From contig NC_134036.1 in assembly GCF_964204645.1 (NCBI RefSeq), forward strand, positions 7,974,812-8,038,811: a DNA stretch of 64,000 nt, in the 5' to 3' direction. How positions within the stretch are numbered: position 1 is the stretch's first letter; the number at the start of each line of letters is the position of its first letter. Below, piece by piece: positions 26,101 through 39,719 of the stretch. A program made the translations under genes and the position numbers. This DNA comes from Tubulanus polymorphus (taxonomy: Eukaryota; Animalia; Nemertea). The notes beneath the pieces were generated by a model, which saw only the letters and a list, made by a program, of their open reading frames with translations, searched no databases and was not told the DNA's origin.

Positions 26101-28203
26101 ACATTTAACTGTAGATGATAGTTATTTAAGTGAATACCAGAAGAAAATAAAACCGAAAGATCATGTTTTTACAGAAAAATTAATACTTACTCAAAATAAT
26201 AAATACAATTATATTGTTCATTATAGAATGTTAAAATTTTATCTAAAACAAGGAATGAAATTAAAGAAAGTACATAGATATATTGAATTTAATCAATCGA
26301 AGTGGTTAGAAAAATATATAGATTTCAATACTCAACAGAGAACAATATCAAAAACAGATTTTGAAAAAGATTTCTTCAAAATAATGAATAATAGTTTTTA
26401 TGGTAAAACGTGAAAATATTAGAAATAGAAATGATATTGAATTAGTAAATAATTCTGAAAGATTAAGACATTTACAATCAAGTCCTAGACATTTAGGAAA
26501 TAAAAGATTTGAAGATTATTTAACAGCTGTTAAATTAAAAAGAACATCAATGAAATTTAATAAACCTATATTTATTGGTTCGACTGTTTTAGAAGTATCA
26601 AAATTATTAATGTATGATTTTTATTATAATGTTTTACAACCACTTTTTGGGGAAAAGCATATTGGAATATTATATTTTGATTCTGTAACAGCTGACACCC
26701 CAATATTATTAAAATGTAATGATAAAATATTGATAAGAAGAATTTCAGAAATAATTCCAAAACAAAATGAATGTTATATTTCATATGGAGAAAAATAATT
26801 AATACAAATAAATGGATTAATGGATGTTTGGACAAGAAATGGATGGAAAAAATTAAAGAATATTATTAGACATAAAACAAATAATAAAATCTATAGAGTT
26901 AGAACTAAATTAGGGTTCGTAGATGTTACAGAAGATCATAGTTTAATTAAACGAAATGGCGATGAAATAAAACCAACTGATATAAAAATTGGAGATGAAT
27001 TATTACATAAAAGATTTTTCCAAAGAATGAATCATATGTCATTTGATGAAATAATTGATAATATTTATAATATAGAACCCGAAACATTAGAAGAAAAAGA
27101 ATATTTTATCAAAGGATTTTTCATGGGTGATGGTTCAGCAGGTGTGTATAATTATGTTAATCGCACTCAATATTGCTGGTATTTATGCAATCAAGACTTA
27201 AAATTATTAGAAAGAATTAAGAAATTCTGTGAAGAAGTTTATTCACATAAAACATTCAAAATCATAGATGTTATGAAATCATCGCAACGTTATAGAATAC
27301 ATGTGAATAATCCTAAAGATTTTGCTATAAAATATAATAACGAATTCTATATTCATGCAATAGTGAAAAGTAATACTTCAACTAAAGAAAAGATAGTTCC
27401 AGATTATGTATTAAATGCAAAAAATAATTTAAGAAAATGGTTCTTCATTGGATTCTACGCAGCCGATGGTACTAAAAGTTTCAAAAACCGCAAAACAATA
27501 TCTTTAGCTCAAAAAGGAAAAGTTGCTATATCAGGATTAAATATATTATGCAATTCATTAGGTTTTAATATGAATATTGGATTGATTAAATCTAAACCAA
27601 ATTGCTTTAATTTAAGCCATGTAGAAAATGAGTTAACTGAAGAAGTTAAAGATTTATTTGAAATATATAACCCAACAGATTATGTTTATGATTTATCAAC
27701 TGAAGATGGTACATTTAACTGTGGATTTCCATTAATAGCCAAAAATACTGACGCCTACATACTAAAAATCAAGACAAATGACATAACAAAAGACTTAAAA
27801 ACATTAAAACATCATTTTGATTTTAGCAATTATCCCAAAGATCATGAACTATTTAGCAATGATAATAAAAAGATTCCTGGTAAATTTAAAGATGAATTAG
27901 GGGGTGATGAAATGATTCAATTTGTTGGGATAAGAAGTAAAATGTATAGTTACAGAACAAAAGATCATGAAGCTAAAAAGTTAAAAGGAATAACAAAACA
28001 TGTGGTTGATAAACATATAGAATTTCAAGATTATATAAAGTGTTTATATAAATCAATTGTAATGAAACACAAAATGAATTGTTTAAGATCAGAAGATCAT
28101 GAGATGTACATTAATGAAGTTGAAAAAAACTAGTTTAAATCCATTTGATAATAAAAGGCATATTTTAGATGATGGTATAAAAACATTACCTTATGGTCCT
28201 TAA
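23126..28203 (+). pseudogene. Polinton protein-primed family B DNA polymerase (N-terminal Zn fingers, endonuclease VII-like insert, intein)
   Basis: VINIQNEDNKCFLW, YGDFES, RDHDHL...GAAHEDCN, FHNSSGYD, RFLDSYRF, IRGG, YIDANNLYGWAM, KIMNNSFYGK, YFD/TD, GKFKDE, RSKMY, KLKG, FDNKR, TLPYG. In-frame stops at 24017, 24326, 25982 and 26796; frameshifts at about 26410 and 28125. Confidence 0.95.
26682..27746 (+). mobile_element. Intein with LAGLIDADG homing endonuclease in PolB motif C (355 codons, one in-frame stop)
   Basis: YFD|SVTADTPILL (block A), VDVTEDHSL (block B), FIKGFFMGDGS and FFIGFYAADGT (LAGLIDADG blocks C and E), YVYDLSTEDGTF (block F), LIAKN|TD (block G, +1 Thr). Removal restores YFDTDAY. 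Confidence 0.93.
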
Positions 28204-28559
28204 AACATAAAATCAATATCATCATACTCGAAATCACTATTGGCTTCTTCATTTTCATTTAATTGTTCAGGTTCTTCTTCCATTCCATTTTTCTCATTTA
28301 AATAAAGTTCTATCTTGTTCCACATTTCATCTCGCTCTCTTTGTTTCTTTTTGTTTGTTAATTCATCAAATGGAATTATAATATCTATGTTTAAATAATT
28401 TACAATCTTATTTAAAAAGAATTCATAATTTATTGAATCTGTTATTCTATTTTCTAAATGATACATTAATATTTGTTTGAATATTTTTTTTATATTTTCC
28501 GTATCTTCTGATAATTTAGGTTTTTCATAATAATCGTTAAATAATAAATATAAATACAT
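28200..28559 (-). CDS. Polinton hypothetical protein with acidic tail (119 aa)
   Basis: Open AT-rich ORF convergent with and abutting the PolB stop. Confidence 0.5.
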   Translation of the reverse strand: MYLYLLFNDYYEKPKLSEDTENIKKIFKQILMYHLENRITDSINYEFFLNKIVNYLNIDIIIPFDELTNKKKQRERDEMWNKIELYLNEKNGMEEEPEQLNENEEANSDFEYDDIDFMF

Positions 28560-28575
28560 TTTCTTTTGTTTTGTG

Positions 28576-29446
28576 TTAATTAAATGTTGACGGAATAATT
28601 GTATTTATAATATCTTTTTTAGTTATTTCACCATTTTTATTTTCTATTATTTTCATTTTTTCAAGCCATTGCATATATTCTGGTGTATGATCTTCCATAG
28701 AAAATATTTTAAAAATTTCATCTAGATAATTTAATTTTGGATCTATGAGAAAATCTCTAGTTTTTTCTTCACCCAATAAATTCTTTTGCCATCCACATTC
28801 ATTACAAAATAACACAGTACCTTCTTGTCTTAAGGTCGCATAACTACATTGTGGACATTTTCGTTTATAATTTATTGGTAATATATCTTCATTAAGCTCC
28901 TGGTATTTTCTTACGTTTTCTTTATGTTTTATTGTTCTATTATGTAGATTTGAATTACTTGTTGTAATAATCAATTTACAATATTTACAATAATATGTTT
29001 TTCTTGTTAATTCATTATATTGTTTTTCTAACTTTTCAACTGTTTCTTTATTATCTGGTAACGTTTTCTCATATTTTATTTTTTCTAATAAATTATTTTT
29101 TCTTTCATTGAATTCAGTTTCAAATTTATTAGAAATTTTATCTATATGTGCTTTACGAAATTGATGATTCTCCCAATCTTCTATATTTTCAGGGGTATAT
29201 TTTATTCGACAAGGCTCACAGAAATGATCTTTTATATTATCCTTATCATAGAATAAGAAAGGTCTTTTCAAATAACTTCAGGTTCAACTTCGGCAGAATT
29301 ACTATTACTTTCATTACTATTAACATTAGCCGTTGCGCCATTAATTCTACACTTCTCAGAATGTTTTTTAACATAATTTCTTGAGAATAATTTATTACAT
29401 TTTGGGCAGTTTATTTTAGGGGGTTTATAATTTTCATCATGTTTTT
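28576..29446 (-). pseudogene. Polinton multi-Zn-finger protein, 3' part (frameshift at about 29270; 5' part at 43164-43235)
   Basis: CPKC...H..KC, CEPC...H...H, CKYC...H...H and CPQC...CNEC motifs. Confidence 0.65.
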
Positions 29447-30648
29447 GGTTTACCTTTGTCAGCGATATGAAGTTGGCATTGAGCCAATTCATGTAAAATC
29501 GCGGTACGTTTTTTTATGTGAGCATTTGTTTCATTGGTTCTCGGTTTAAACGACGTATAATCGATGCGATTGAAGACATGGCGAACCTCCGTCGATGTAC
29601 ATGGTCAACTTTGTTAAAATTCTACGAAAAACTGTTTTTGGCGGGAAAATTCTTAGCTCTCGCGTATAAAATTGCAATGACCTCGATTGGGGGGCGTCGT
29701 CTCTACGAGCGAATGTGATTGGCTGTTTTTGCTGCGAGGTATTAGACCGACACACGTACGCAGTTTGCTCAGCTGACGCAATTAAATAGTTCGTTATAAA
29801 ATGAATTATGTAGGCCTAGTTGTTGATATGTTACATCAAAGCTTGGTTCAGTTTTGTGGTAGCGTATAGAATTATCAAAAAACGTCATCATCTTTCGAAA
29901 GCGGTTTATCGGGCCAAACGAAAGGATTCAATAAAGCCAGATTCATGCGCAGGTATTTCACAATCAACTACATCGTCATTTACATCGCTCTCGGTAAGTC
30001 AAGTTTTCTTTCTATAAACTGTTAAAATTATATTACTTGTGGCAGTGACAGCTTTCGAAAATCACATGTTTGTCATTCTAAGTGTTCAAGGGTTTGCTAA
30101 GTGTAGCTTTCATTTTACGAATTCTACACCGTGGTTTGTAATGGACGGATTATTATTAACACGTGCGATCAATCATGGCGGTGCCGTCATGAAACGTACT
30201 GTTGCCATTGTTAAGAGCGAGAAAGTGTCTGTCTCTACCCATTGTTTGTACGAGTCTAGCTAGGCCTAATTAGTCAATTTTTGTCTTTAGTAACTGATTT
30301 GTGGGAATTGAAAATCAGATTTAGGCGTACTGAACATTTTCACTAAATACATGGCCGTGGTCAGGTGAGTACGTCGCAGAAATAACAACATAGCCGTTAC
30401 GGCTCAAATCGTTTTTCTGTAGTAGAATCTCTCAGATGATCACTCATTTTTCATCAACTTATTGTCGTCATTTATTTTGTTTGATAGGCTTATGTGTTGA
30501 GGTATTATGATATTTTAAGGGCTTGTTAGAAACCGTGCAGCGCACGTGGTGCTGTATTATACAGCACCACGTGCGTATACAGTATATACTATCAATAGTA
30601 TGTAGTATACATACACTTACATGCGTCGTGTCAGGAACTGACAGCAGT

Positions 30649-30784
30649 TCTCTTCACACACTTCTCTTCACACACTTCTCTTCACACACTTCTCTTCACA
30701 CACTTCTCTTCACACACTTCTCTTCACACACTTCTCTTCACACACTTCTCTTCACACACTTCTCTTCACACACTTCTCTTCACA

Positions 30785-30860
<76 letters not shown>

Positions 30861-30862
30861 CA
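30649..30862 (+). repeat. Compound repeat: (CTTCTCTTCACACA)n, (GCAC)n, (CA)n
   Basis: Read directly. Confidence 0.97.
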
Positions 30863-32945
30863 CGTTGGGCTCTGCACTGCTCTCACCCTATCTGCATTGA
30901 ATATAAATATATTGTTTCATGCAGTTTCAAAAAAACTTTCAATGAATTGAAAATTATTATATTGCATAATCATTTGAAGCATACACATTTGTCATACCAT
31001 CCATTTTGCTAGTGTGTTCTACTCACACTACTTGATCAATTTTATATCAATGAAACATGATTCAAATATAAGTCATTGTTGACAAATATTGAGCAATAGA
31101 AATTTATTGTTATGCCCTTGACTTTACTTGAGAGGGCCCGTATTACAGAATTACCCGCATCTGAATACGTGCTGCAAGTGACCTTAACAGCGTAGAGGCT
31201 GCAATTGTTGACCTATTTATTTCAAACTTGATACACATTAGGATATCACTTGGGCCAGAACTATTTATTCGATTCAAATTACGGCCACCAGGGGCTAGTG
31301 TTAGTGATTGGCAAGTAACTGTTGCAAGTAAAGCAGCCAGCTTAAGAACACATTAATGCTATTAGGCTACCCAAACTGATTGTCTGTGCGAGTATCACTG
31401 TGAGTTCACCGAACAAAGTTTTCACCTTATGCATATAAAATTTGTCTAATAGTGTCTAGATAACAAGATCCAGAGCATCAACGATGAAACAATTTTCAAC
31501 ATTCATAATGAGACAATCTATCGAATATACACTACCAGCTTTACAACGCAGTCAGTCGCTAGAATGATTGGCAGTAGTTTGGAAGGCAGCCAATTTCCTG
31601 GAAACTTAAATTAGGCCACGCGTCTGAGGCACGTTTTCACATCACTGACTGCAGTACATTTAAATATAACCACTGATCACAGCTTTTATACTATCATCGA
31701 TATCAGATGAAATATTTCATAGCTGTCGCAGGATTCTTACTAACAGTCGGATGCGATAGCCTTTTTTGAAAGCCCTGTTTAAGTAGGGTATCATATGGGG
31801 CAGAACCCTATTCAAAATCTGGTTAATTCAATTCAAATTATGACCACCAGGGGCTGACATAAAAAATGACGTTAACAGCCTAGGGCAACAAATTTTTTTG
31901 TATACTTTGTACACGACTAGGGTATCACTTTGGACAGAACCTTATAAAAAATTGGGTTGATGCGGTTAACATTATGGCCACAATGGGGCCGACATGATAA
32001 ATAATGTTAGCAGTCTAGAAGCCGCAATTTTCTTAAAACTTTATACACGATTAAACCTTTACTTGGGGCAGAGCCCTATTAAGGATTAAGTTGAATTGAT
32101 TCAAATTATGGCCACCAGGGGAAAACAGCCTAGAGACTGCTACTGTTGATAATTTTTTTACACTTTGTGAACATGTTGTTTAATATCATTCTTATAGAAA
32201 TAATTGTGGCAACAATATTTCTAACACATTTTACCACAAATCCTGTAACTTCACATGTGGGCCAGCGACATTCAGGCAGGGGGCATTTGAGGCTTTGCCT
32301 CAATCTAGTTTTTCAATGCGTCAATATCAAGTTTCAAGTTATTCACTTAAAATGTATTGAAACATCAATGATACTTCATTCATTTCAAATAGAGTATTCT
32401 TGAAATACTACAAAAAAACTTTCCTAACCATTGTAACTACCAAAAATCTTCAGTAAATTTAATCATACATATTATAGGTGAAGTGAACTTCAAACATTTC
32501 AAAATTAATTATATTCTCCCTATTATCTTACTGTTGAGTACTTGGGTGTTCATACAGATTTTATTTTCGTCTAGGAAAAACTTGTCCTTTCCATATTAAC
32601 AATGTTACATGACTCTGAATTTTCTTTTTCAGGTTGAAAACAGTAGGAAGAAAATCGTAAGTATTAGCTGAACATTGAAATGCTTGACCACCATAACTGA
32701 CTAAAGCAAGACAATATTAATTGACAATTGCTTGACAATATCACATGTAATGCTTCATAACTGACATGATCATACTACATACTACTTGACAAAATAAGAC
32801 TGATATAAATCAACTGCCTACAATGATGCACATTAGACAGAACAATTATGCCATTATAAACTAAACAGTCTTTCAATATCAGACAAAACACAAATTGACT
32901 CACTAACAACATAATTAAATCTGGGTTAAGGACAAATAAACAGGT

Positions 32946-35900
32946 ATGGACTCCTTGCAGAACTATCGCTGTTTAGTTGGTAATTATTACTGTAGGGCAG
33001 TATACAAAAGCCAGTCTGTATGCCATTCATATGTTAGAAATAGTGGCAATTTAGTTCAAGCAACTGGTGCAAAATTTGTAGCATCGCAATGGCTGGCCTG
33101 TCTGTATTACATGTATGCGTCTAAAGTTTATGATATCTGTGAAATGAGAAGAAAGTGTAGTTATTATGCATCTATATGGATTATACAATTGTGCATATAT
33201 AGGAATCACTTCATGTGTAGAAATGAGCAATCATGTTTCCCTTGTACTCCATTAGTGACATCATTGCATGAAGATTCTACTATACTTCTAGCAAATGATG
33301 TTGAACTCAACCCTGGCCCTGTACTAACAGGTGCATTTCACCAAGGTGATCCAACCATATTTTCTGCTGATTCTGTAGGAAAACAGTGTGTTCCTATTGC
33401 AGCATGTTGTATTTTATTTACTTTGTTAAAGCAAAATATGAATACTTGGGTAAGCAGTGATCTTGATAATATACTCTTACAGGGTGATAAGTTGTATAGG
33501 GATATAACTGACAGAAGCAATCAAGGCTATTTATTTGCAAATGATATTCCTCTTTATCTTTCTTGCTTTGAAGCACATTTTATTTTGAAGTCCAAGAAGA
33601 ATTTAGTGGGAGTATGTGTTAGTGTCAATGAAAGCTTAGGAATCCCAAGTGTTGCAGAAGTACTCAGTAACTACTTAGTCATCAATTCAAATTGTATAGC
33701 TATATTAGGCACAAATGCATGTGCTTTATTTGTAAGGAATGGTAAATATTACCTTTTTGATTCTCATAGCCGCAATACCTCAGGTTTCCCTTGTGCTGAT
33801 GGATCATCAGTTTTACTAGAATTTGACAGTCTGATCAATATTTTGGATTTCATCAACACATATATAAGCTCTATTAATGCTGCAGCTTATGATGTATCAT
33901 TCTATGATGTTAAATTGATTTCAAAGAAAGCTTATATACTAGGTATAAGAAGTCATACAATTGTTAAAGCTCCGAATACCAGTGATACTGTCCATGCAGC
34001 ATCTACTAGACCATCTTTGTCCAGTTTTAGAAGTTTATCATCTGTTCAATTGTACCTGGACGATCAAGCAAAAAAATTACAGGAAAAACTTAAGAAACGA
34101 TCATACATGAGGTCATACATGAGATGTTACAGAAAAAATGATGGTAAATTGCATATTAATAAGACGCAAAAACAGAAATGTCATGAGAGGTACCTTAACG
34201 ATAAATCATCGAAAAAAAAAACTTCAACAAGATCAACAATTAAAGACAAAGTTATATTTCCTAGGAAAAGATCACATAATCAAAGTGTACCACAAAGTAA
34301 TGTCAAACTCAAACAATCTAGAAATGGATCCATGTCTTATGGAATTTCATCCAATAATGACCATGTGTCAATCTCTAACTCAGAATCTACATGTTTTCAT
34401 GATTCTTTCTCAGCTGACTATTCGGCTTTCCTAGCAGCAGTTGAATGTGGGCCTGCTTATGTTTGTTCAGTATGCCAGCAAACATGGTTCAAGGTTTCTG
34501 TTTCAAAAGTTACTGCTTCAATTAATGCTAAAAACAGCCATTTATTGAATGATTGCCTTACACACATTATCTCTCATGAAAAAGAAGAATGGATATGTGT
34601 TACCTGTTTAGCAAATATAAACAATGGACTTATTCCGCGCTTATCTGTAAAAAATAAAATGGGATTCCCTATCAAACCACCAGAGTTGAATATTACGTCA
34701 TTAGAAGAAAGGCTCATAGCACTTAGGATCCCATTTATGCAAATACGACAACTCCCAGTTAATCAGCAGAAATTTATTCGAGGTGGAGTTTGTAATGTCC
34801 CAGTTGCCATTGAACACACTGTCAATACATTGCCTAGGAAAATAAGTGAAAGTCAAACTGTAGCTGTTCAAATTAAACGAAAGCTAGCCTACCGAACTGT
34901 TGAGTTTGCCGAGAATATTCGCCCTCTAGTAGTCATACGAGCATTAAAGTGGTTGTTAGACAATAGCCATTTATACCAAAATTCTGGAGTCTGTATTAAT
35001 GACCATTGGCTTTCATGCTTACATACTAATGATCCCGAGATACAACCTTTTCTTGAAGGTAGAATTTCTGATTCGAAAAAGAGACAACCCCAAAATCAAA
35101 ATCCACCTGAATCAGATTCAGACAGTGATGATGATGGATTTATAGAAATTGATAACAAAGAACAGCAATTAGAAAACATGGATACACTATTAGATGAAGT
35201 TGATCCAAATGTCTTTACATATGCTCCAGGAGAAGGCCAGCATCCCTTGGGACTATATACGGATAGTGACTCGGAATATTTATCTTGGCCTACAATATTC
35301 TGTGGCAAAGTGCGTCCTGATAACTCCGAGCGATATAGGCCAGTGCATTACAGTGATATCTGCAAGTACGAACTCCGCTGCATTGATAGGCGAGTTGCCT
35401 CAAATATTCCTAACATCTTTTATAAACTAAAAAAATTGCAAATATAACAGGTTTCAGACAAGGCGTCTATCTCAGTGCGTAGAGTAAAAACAAGGGGTAA
35501 AACGTATACAGCCGGTGATCTTGCAGATGAAACTGTTCGAGACAACATGGTCAAATTGGATGAAGGTTATCATATTTTCAAGTCAATCAGAAATACCCCT
35601 GCATACTTATCTAAACGTAAAAGAGATCTGTTTGCTTGTATTCGACAACTCGGTTTCCCAGCAATATTTTTAAGTCTGTCTGCCGCTGATACTAAATGGA
35701 CTCCACTTTTAAGAACTCTGGGTATTCTTATAGATGGAAAGCACTACACTGATGATGAAATAAAAAACTTTGATTGGAGAACCACAAGCCGCCTCATCAG
35801 TAACGACCCAGTGACTTGCGCAAGATATTTTGATCATAAAGTACAGCAATTTATAAAGCTAGTTCTCAAAAGTAAAAATAATCCGATTGGAAAAGTTTCT

Positions 35901-38900
35901 GACTTCTTTGCCAGAATAGAATTTCAGACCAGGGGTTCACCACATGTACATATGACAATATGGCTACATGATGCTCCAGTCTTTGGAGAAGATTCTGATT
36001 TGGAAATAGTTGACTTCATTGACAATATCATTTCAGTTTCATCTAATGTCCCACTTAGTGAACAAAAGTACCTTGAATATCAACGACATAAACATTCACA
36101 AACTTGTCGGAAAGGTAGGACAAAATCTTGTAGATTTGGATACCCACAACCACCAATAACCACTACTACGATACTTTACCCACTTGATATTGATTCTGCT
36201 GATAATCAATACAGCTTGCCACTGCATACACTTCAAGAATACTACACTCAAATTATTGAGGTTTTGAATAGCTATGGTGACGGCTCTGATATCTCTTTTA
36301 AAAATTTCCTTCAAAATGATCTCAAGATGTCTGAAAATGAATATGTTGATGCTATCAGATCTTCCTTATCAAAACCAAAAGTTTTCCTAAAAAGATCACC
36401 TAATGAAATTAGAATTAACCCGTACATGAAAAATCTTTTGGGTATTTGGCAAGCAAACCATGATATCCAATATGTTTTGGATGCGTACAGTATGGCGGTG
36501 TACATTGCAAGTTACACCTGCAAAGGACAAAAAGCTATGAGTACTATATTAAAAACTGCCTGCAAAGAAGCAAGAAATGACAATTTAGACTTAAAAAAAG
36601 CAGTCAGGCACATTGGCAATAAGTTCATTAACTCAGTTGAAATCGGCGCTCAAGAGGCAGCTTATCTTACTTTACAAATGCCCATTACTCGATGTTCCCG
36701 AGAAGTGGTTTTCATAAACACTTCACCACCAGATGAACGTACATATCTTTTAAAAGATTTGAACAGCCTAAAGAAGTTGCCAAAAAATTCAACTAATATA
36801 GAAGTTGACAACATATTAGTTCATTACTCAAGACGACGCCTTGAATTGGAAAATTATTGCCTTGCTCAATTTGTTTCTGAGGTTCAAAACCACAAATCAT
36901 CCACTTATGAGACCAGCCAATATGATGATAACATTGATGATGACCCTCCTTGTGATGGCCTTTCTAGCAATATGTCAGACAGCCAAGTAAAGCTAAAACC
37001 AAACGCTCGAATTATACGCTTTGTTAATTACAACAAACGCTCTGACCCAGAAAATTTCTTTCGAGAACGTTTATTGCTGTACGTACCATGGCGCAAAGAA
37101 AAAGACCTTCTACGTGACTTTGATTCTTATGAAGCTGCTTTCAAATCCTACACAGCACAAATCAGTATGATGATGAAAAAGTTTGAAGCACACAATGATG
37201 ACTTGAAATCAGTTATAGAAACTATGGATAATTTAAATGTAGATACTGATGAACAGCTACCTGACAATGACCAGACTTTGAGTATGGAAAGTATGTTCTT
37301 TGATCCTGATCGGCCAATTCACCAACGCATTTATGACTTGGCACCAGACATAGGTTTGACATCAGTGAACTACAATGTTGAAGTTTCTCTCCTTCCTAAA
37401 AGAATTACTGAACCTGAATATCATGCATTATTGCAATCACTAAATAAGAGACAGAATGAAATATTTACACATATAGCACAGCATATAAATCGAACTAATG
37501 ATGAAAGTCTCCATGTTTTTTGTACAGGCTCGGCTGGATGTGGAAAATCTATTGTAATTAAGGCTATACATCAGTACTTGTTGCGCTCTCTATCCTCTTT
37601 ACCAGGAGAAAATCCTGACGATTGTAAAGTCCTTCTTTTGGCCCCTACCGGTATGGCTGCTTATGGTATTAATGGCTCCACAATTCATGGTGCCTTTAAG
37701 ATCCCACCAAGTCGAGGATACAAGTATGAGCCGTTGTCAGCTAGTTCTTTAAATGCTCTGAGAACTAAGTACATGAACTTACAAGTAGTCATAATAGATG
37801 AGATTTCAATGGTTGGTGCTTGTATGTTTTATACAATTAATCTACGTTTGAAAGAAATAATGGGTAATCAAAAGATATTTGGAGGCGTACATATTATTAC
37901 CTTCGGCGACCTCTACCAATTAAAACCAGTGATGGATAGGTTTATATTTCAACCAGTACCTAAAGAATATGCTGCATTTGCTAATAATCTATGGCTAGAC
38001 AATTTTAAAATCTACGAACTTCATCAGATTATGAGACAAAAAGAAGATTTAGCTTTTGCTGAGCTTTTGAATCGTTTGAGAACCAACAATTTGTCCCACT
38101 TAGACAAAGGCATTTTAAAGTCTCGTATAGTCTCTTCATCTGATACAATATATCCTAAATCTGCTCCACATTTTTTCCCTCTAAAAATCCAAGCTCAGAA
38201 ACACAATGACCAGATATTTAATGCTGTCTCATCAGTTAAAGTATCAATAAAATGTACAGACGTTGTCTTAACAGATATATGTAGTTCAGTAAAAACTAAA
38301 GTATTATATGCCTGTGAAAACTGTAAAACTTATATAGATGCAAGTGGCCTTCCAAGAATTTTAAACGTTGCCGAGTCATTGATTTACATTACAACAGTTA
38401 ACATTTCAGTTGATGATGGTATAATTAATGGATCTGAATGCACTGTGAAAAAAATACAATTTGATAATAATACCAGTGATCGACCATCCATAATATGGGT
38501 AGAGTTCCGTAATACTGATGTAGGCAAACAACAAAGAAACAAATATAGATGTTTTTTTACTGACCAGATAACTGCTAGCTGGACTCCAATATTTGCACTG
38601 AAACGTTCATTCACTGTCAGAAATGTCACTGTTCAGAGAACTCAATTTCCACTTATGCCCAGTTCAGGCAGAACAATTCATCGTGCCCAAGGTGGAACAT
38701 TTGACACAATAGTTGTTGACATGAGTACTGGAACCAAAACACCTGCATCCATACTAACTCATTCACACTATGTTGCCCTCAGTCGTGTAAAACAATTGTC
38801 AGGTTTGCACATACTTAATCTAAATGAAAAAAAAATATCTGTATCTTCACATGTCATCCAACATATGGAATATATGTGCCAACACAGACAATTACAGCTA

Positions 38901-39593
38901 TGTTACACACCACTGTATTTAACTTTGCCTTTTGCATTAAAAATCATATATCAAAATGCTAGGTCATACTCAAAACATTATCTTGATATCAAAGACAACC
39001 CAAATGTCAAAGCTGCTGACATAAGTGGATTTTCTGAGTCAAGACTTATTTGTTCTGACCAAGAATCTGAACTTGACATGCCCGGCTACAAAATTATTCG
39101 CAATGACATGCCCCAACATCTTACTACTGCATTTAGACCACCACATGGCCTAATTGCATACTACAAAAGCAATATACACCTTCTAGAATCTTATGTTAGC
39201 AGCCAGGTCAACATAGAATATACATACATTTGTCTGCAATATATGCACAGACCTCACCAAATTGTCTTCGTTTACGTGTCACCACAATGTTCATTAGAAA
39301 CCCTATTCTACTCTATGAATGCATTGTCAAATCACCTAGACTTGCATAGCCCATTAGTAATTATGGGAGATTTCAACATGAAATCCATCGTTCATTCAAC
39401 TGACTACAATGACATATTAGCTGGGTTCATGGTAAACAAGTTTAATTGCCACCAACTTGTAAAACATCCAACAACTAAACATGGGAGCACACTTGACCTC
39501 ATCTTCACTAATGTGTCTATGTCCAACATTCAAGTAGGAATTATTGACACCTACTGGTCAGACCACAGTATGATTTACTGTTCTTTATTTTGA
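32946..39593 (+). CDS. Helentron RepHel polyprotein: 2A-like peptide, herpes-tegument-type deubiquitinase, HUH Rep, Pif1 helicase, AP endonuclease; one in-frame TAA at 35445
   Basis: ORFs 32946 and 35475 are in the same frame. DVELNPGP; GAFHQGD, GKQC, YLFDSHSR; FLSLSAAD, EFQTRGSPHVH, YIASYTCK; GSAGCGKS, IIDEISM, GDLYQLKPV, TIHRAQG, YVALSRV; QNARS, GDFN, TLDLIFTN, SDH. Confidence 0.93.
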
Positions 39594-39719
39594 ATACAGT
39601 AAAACTCTAATAGGCTATATCTGTACCACTGCATTATTCATTTCCTGTCTGCAAATGATAAAAAAACACTAAAAATCATCTGAAATACTTGTAACCAATT
39701 ACTTCTTATTCTTTTACAG

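Noticed and set aside
30523-30900. His/Thr-rich 125-aa ORF
   Set aside because: Translation of the 14-mer, GCAC and CA repeats.
23126-39593. Alternative genetic code or stop reassignment explaining the in-frame stops in PolB, intein and RepHel
   Set aside because: The stops fall where different residues are expected (E, K, W, L) and coexist with frameshifts; ordinary decay explains them.
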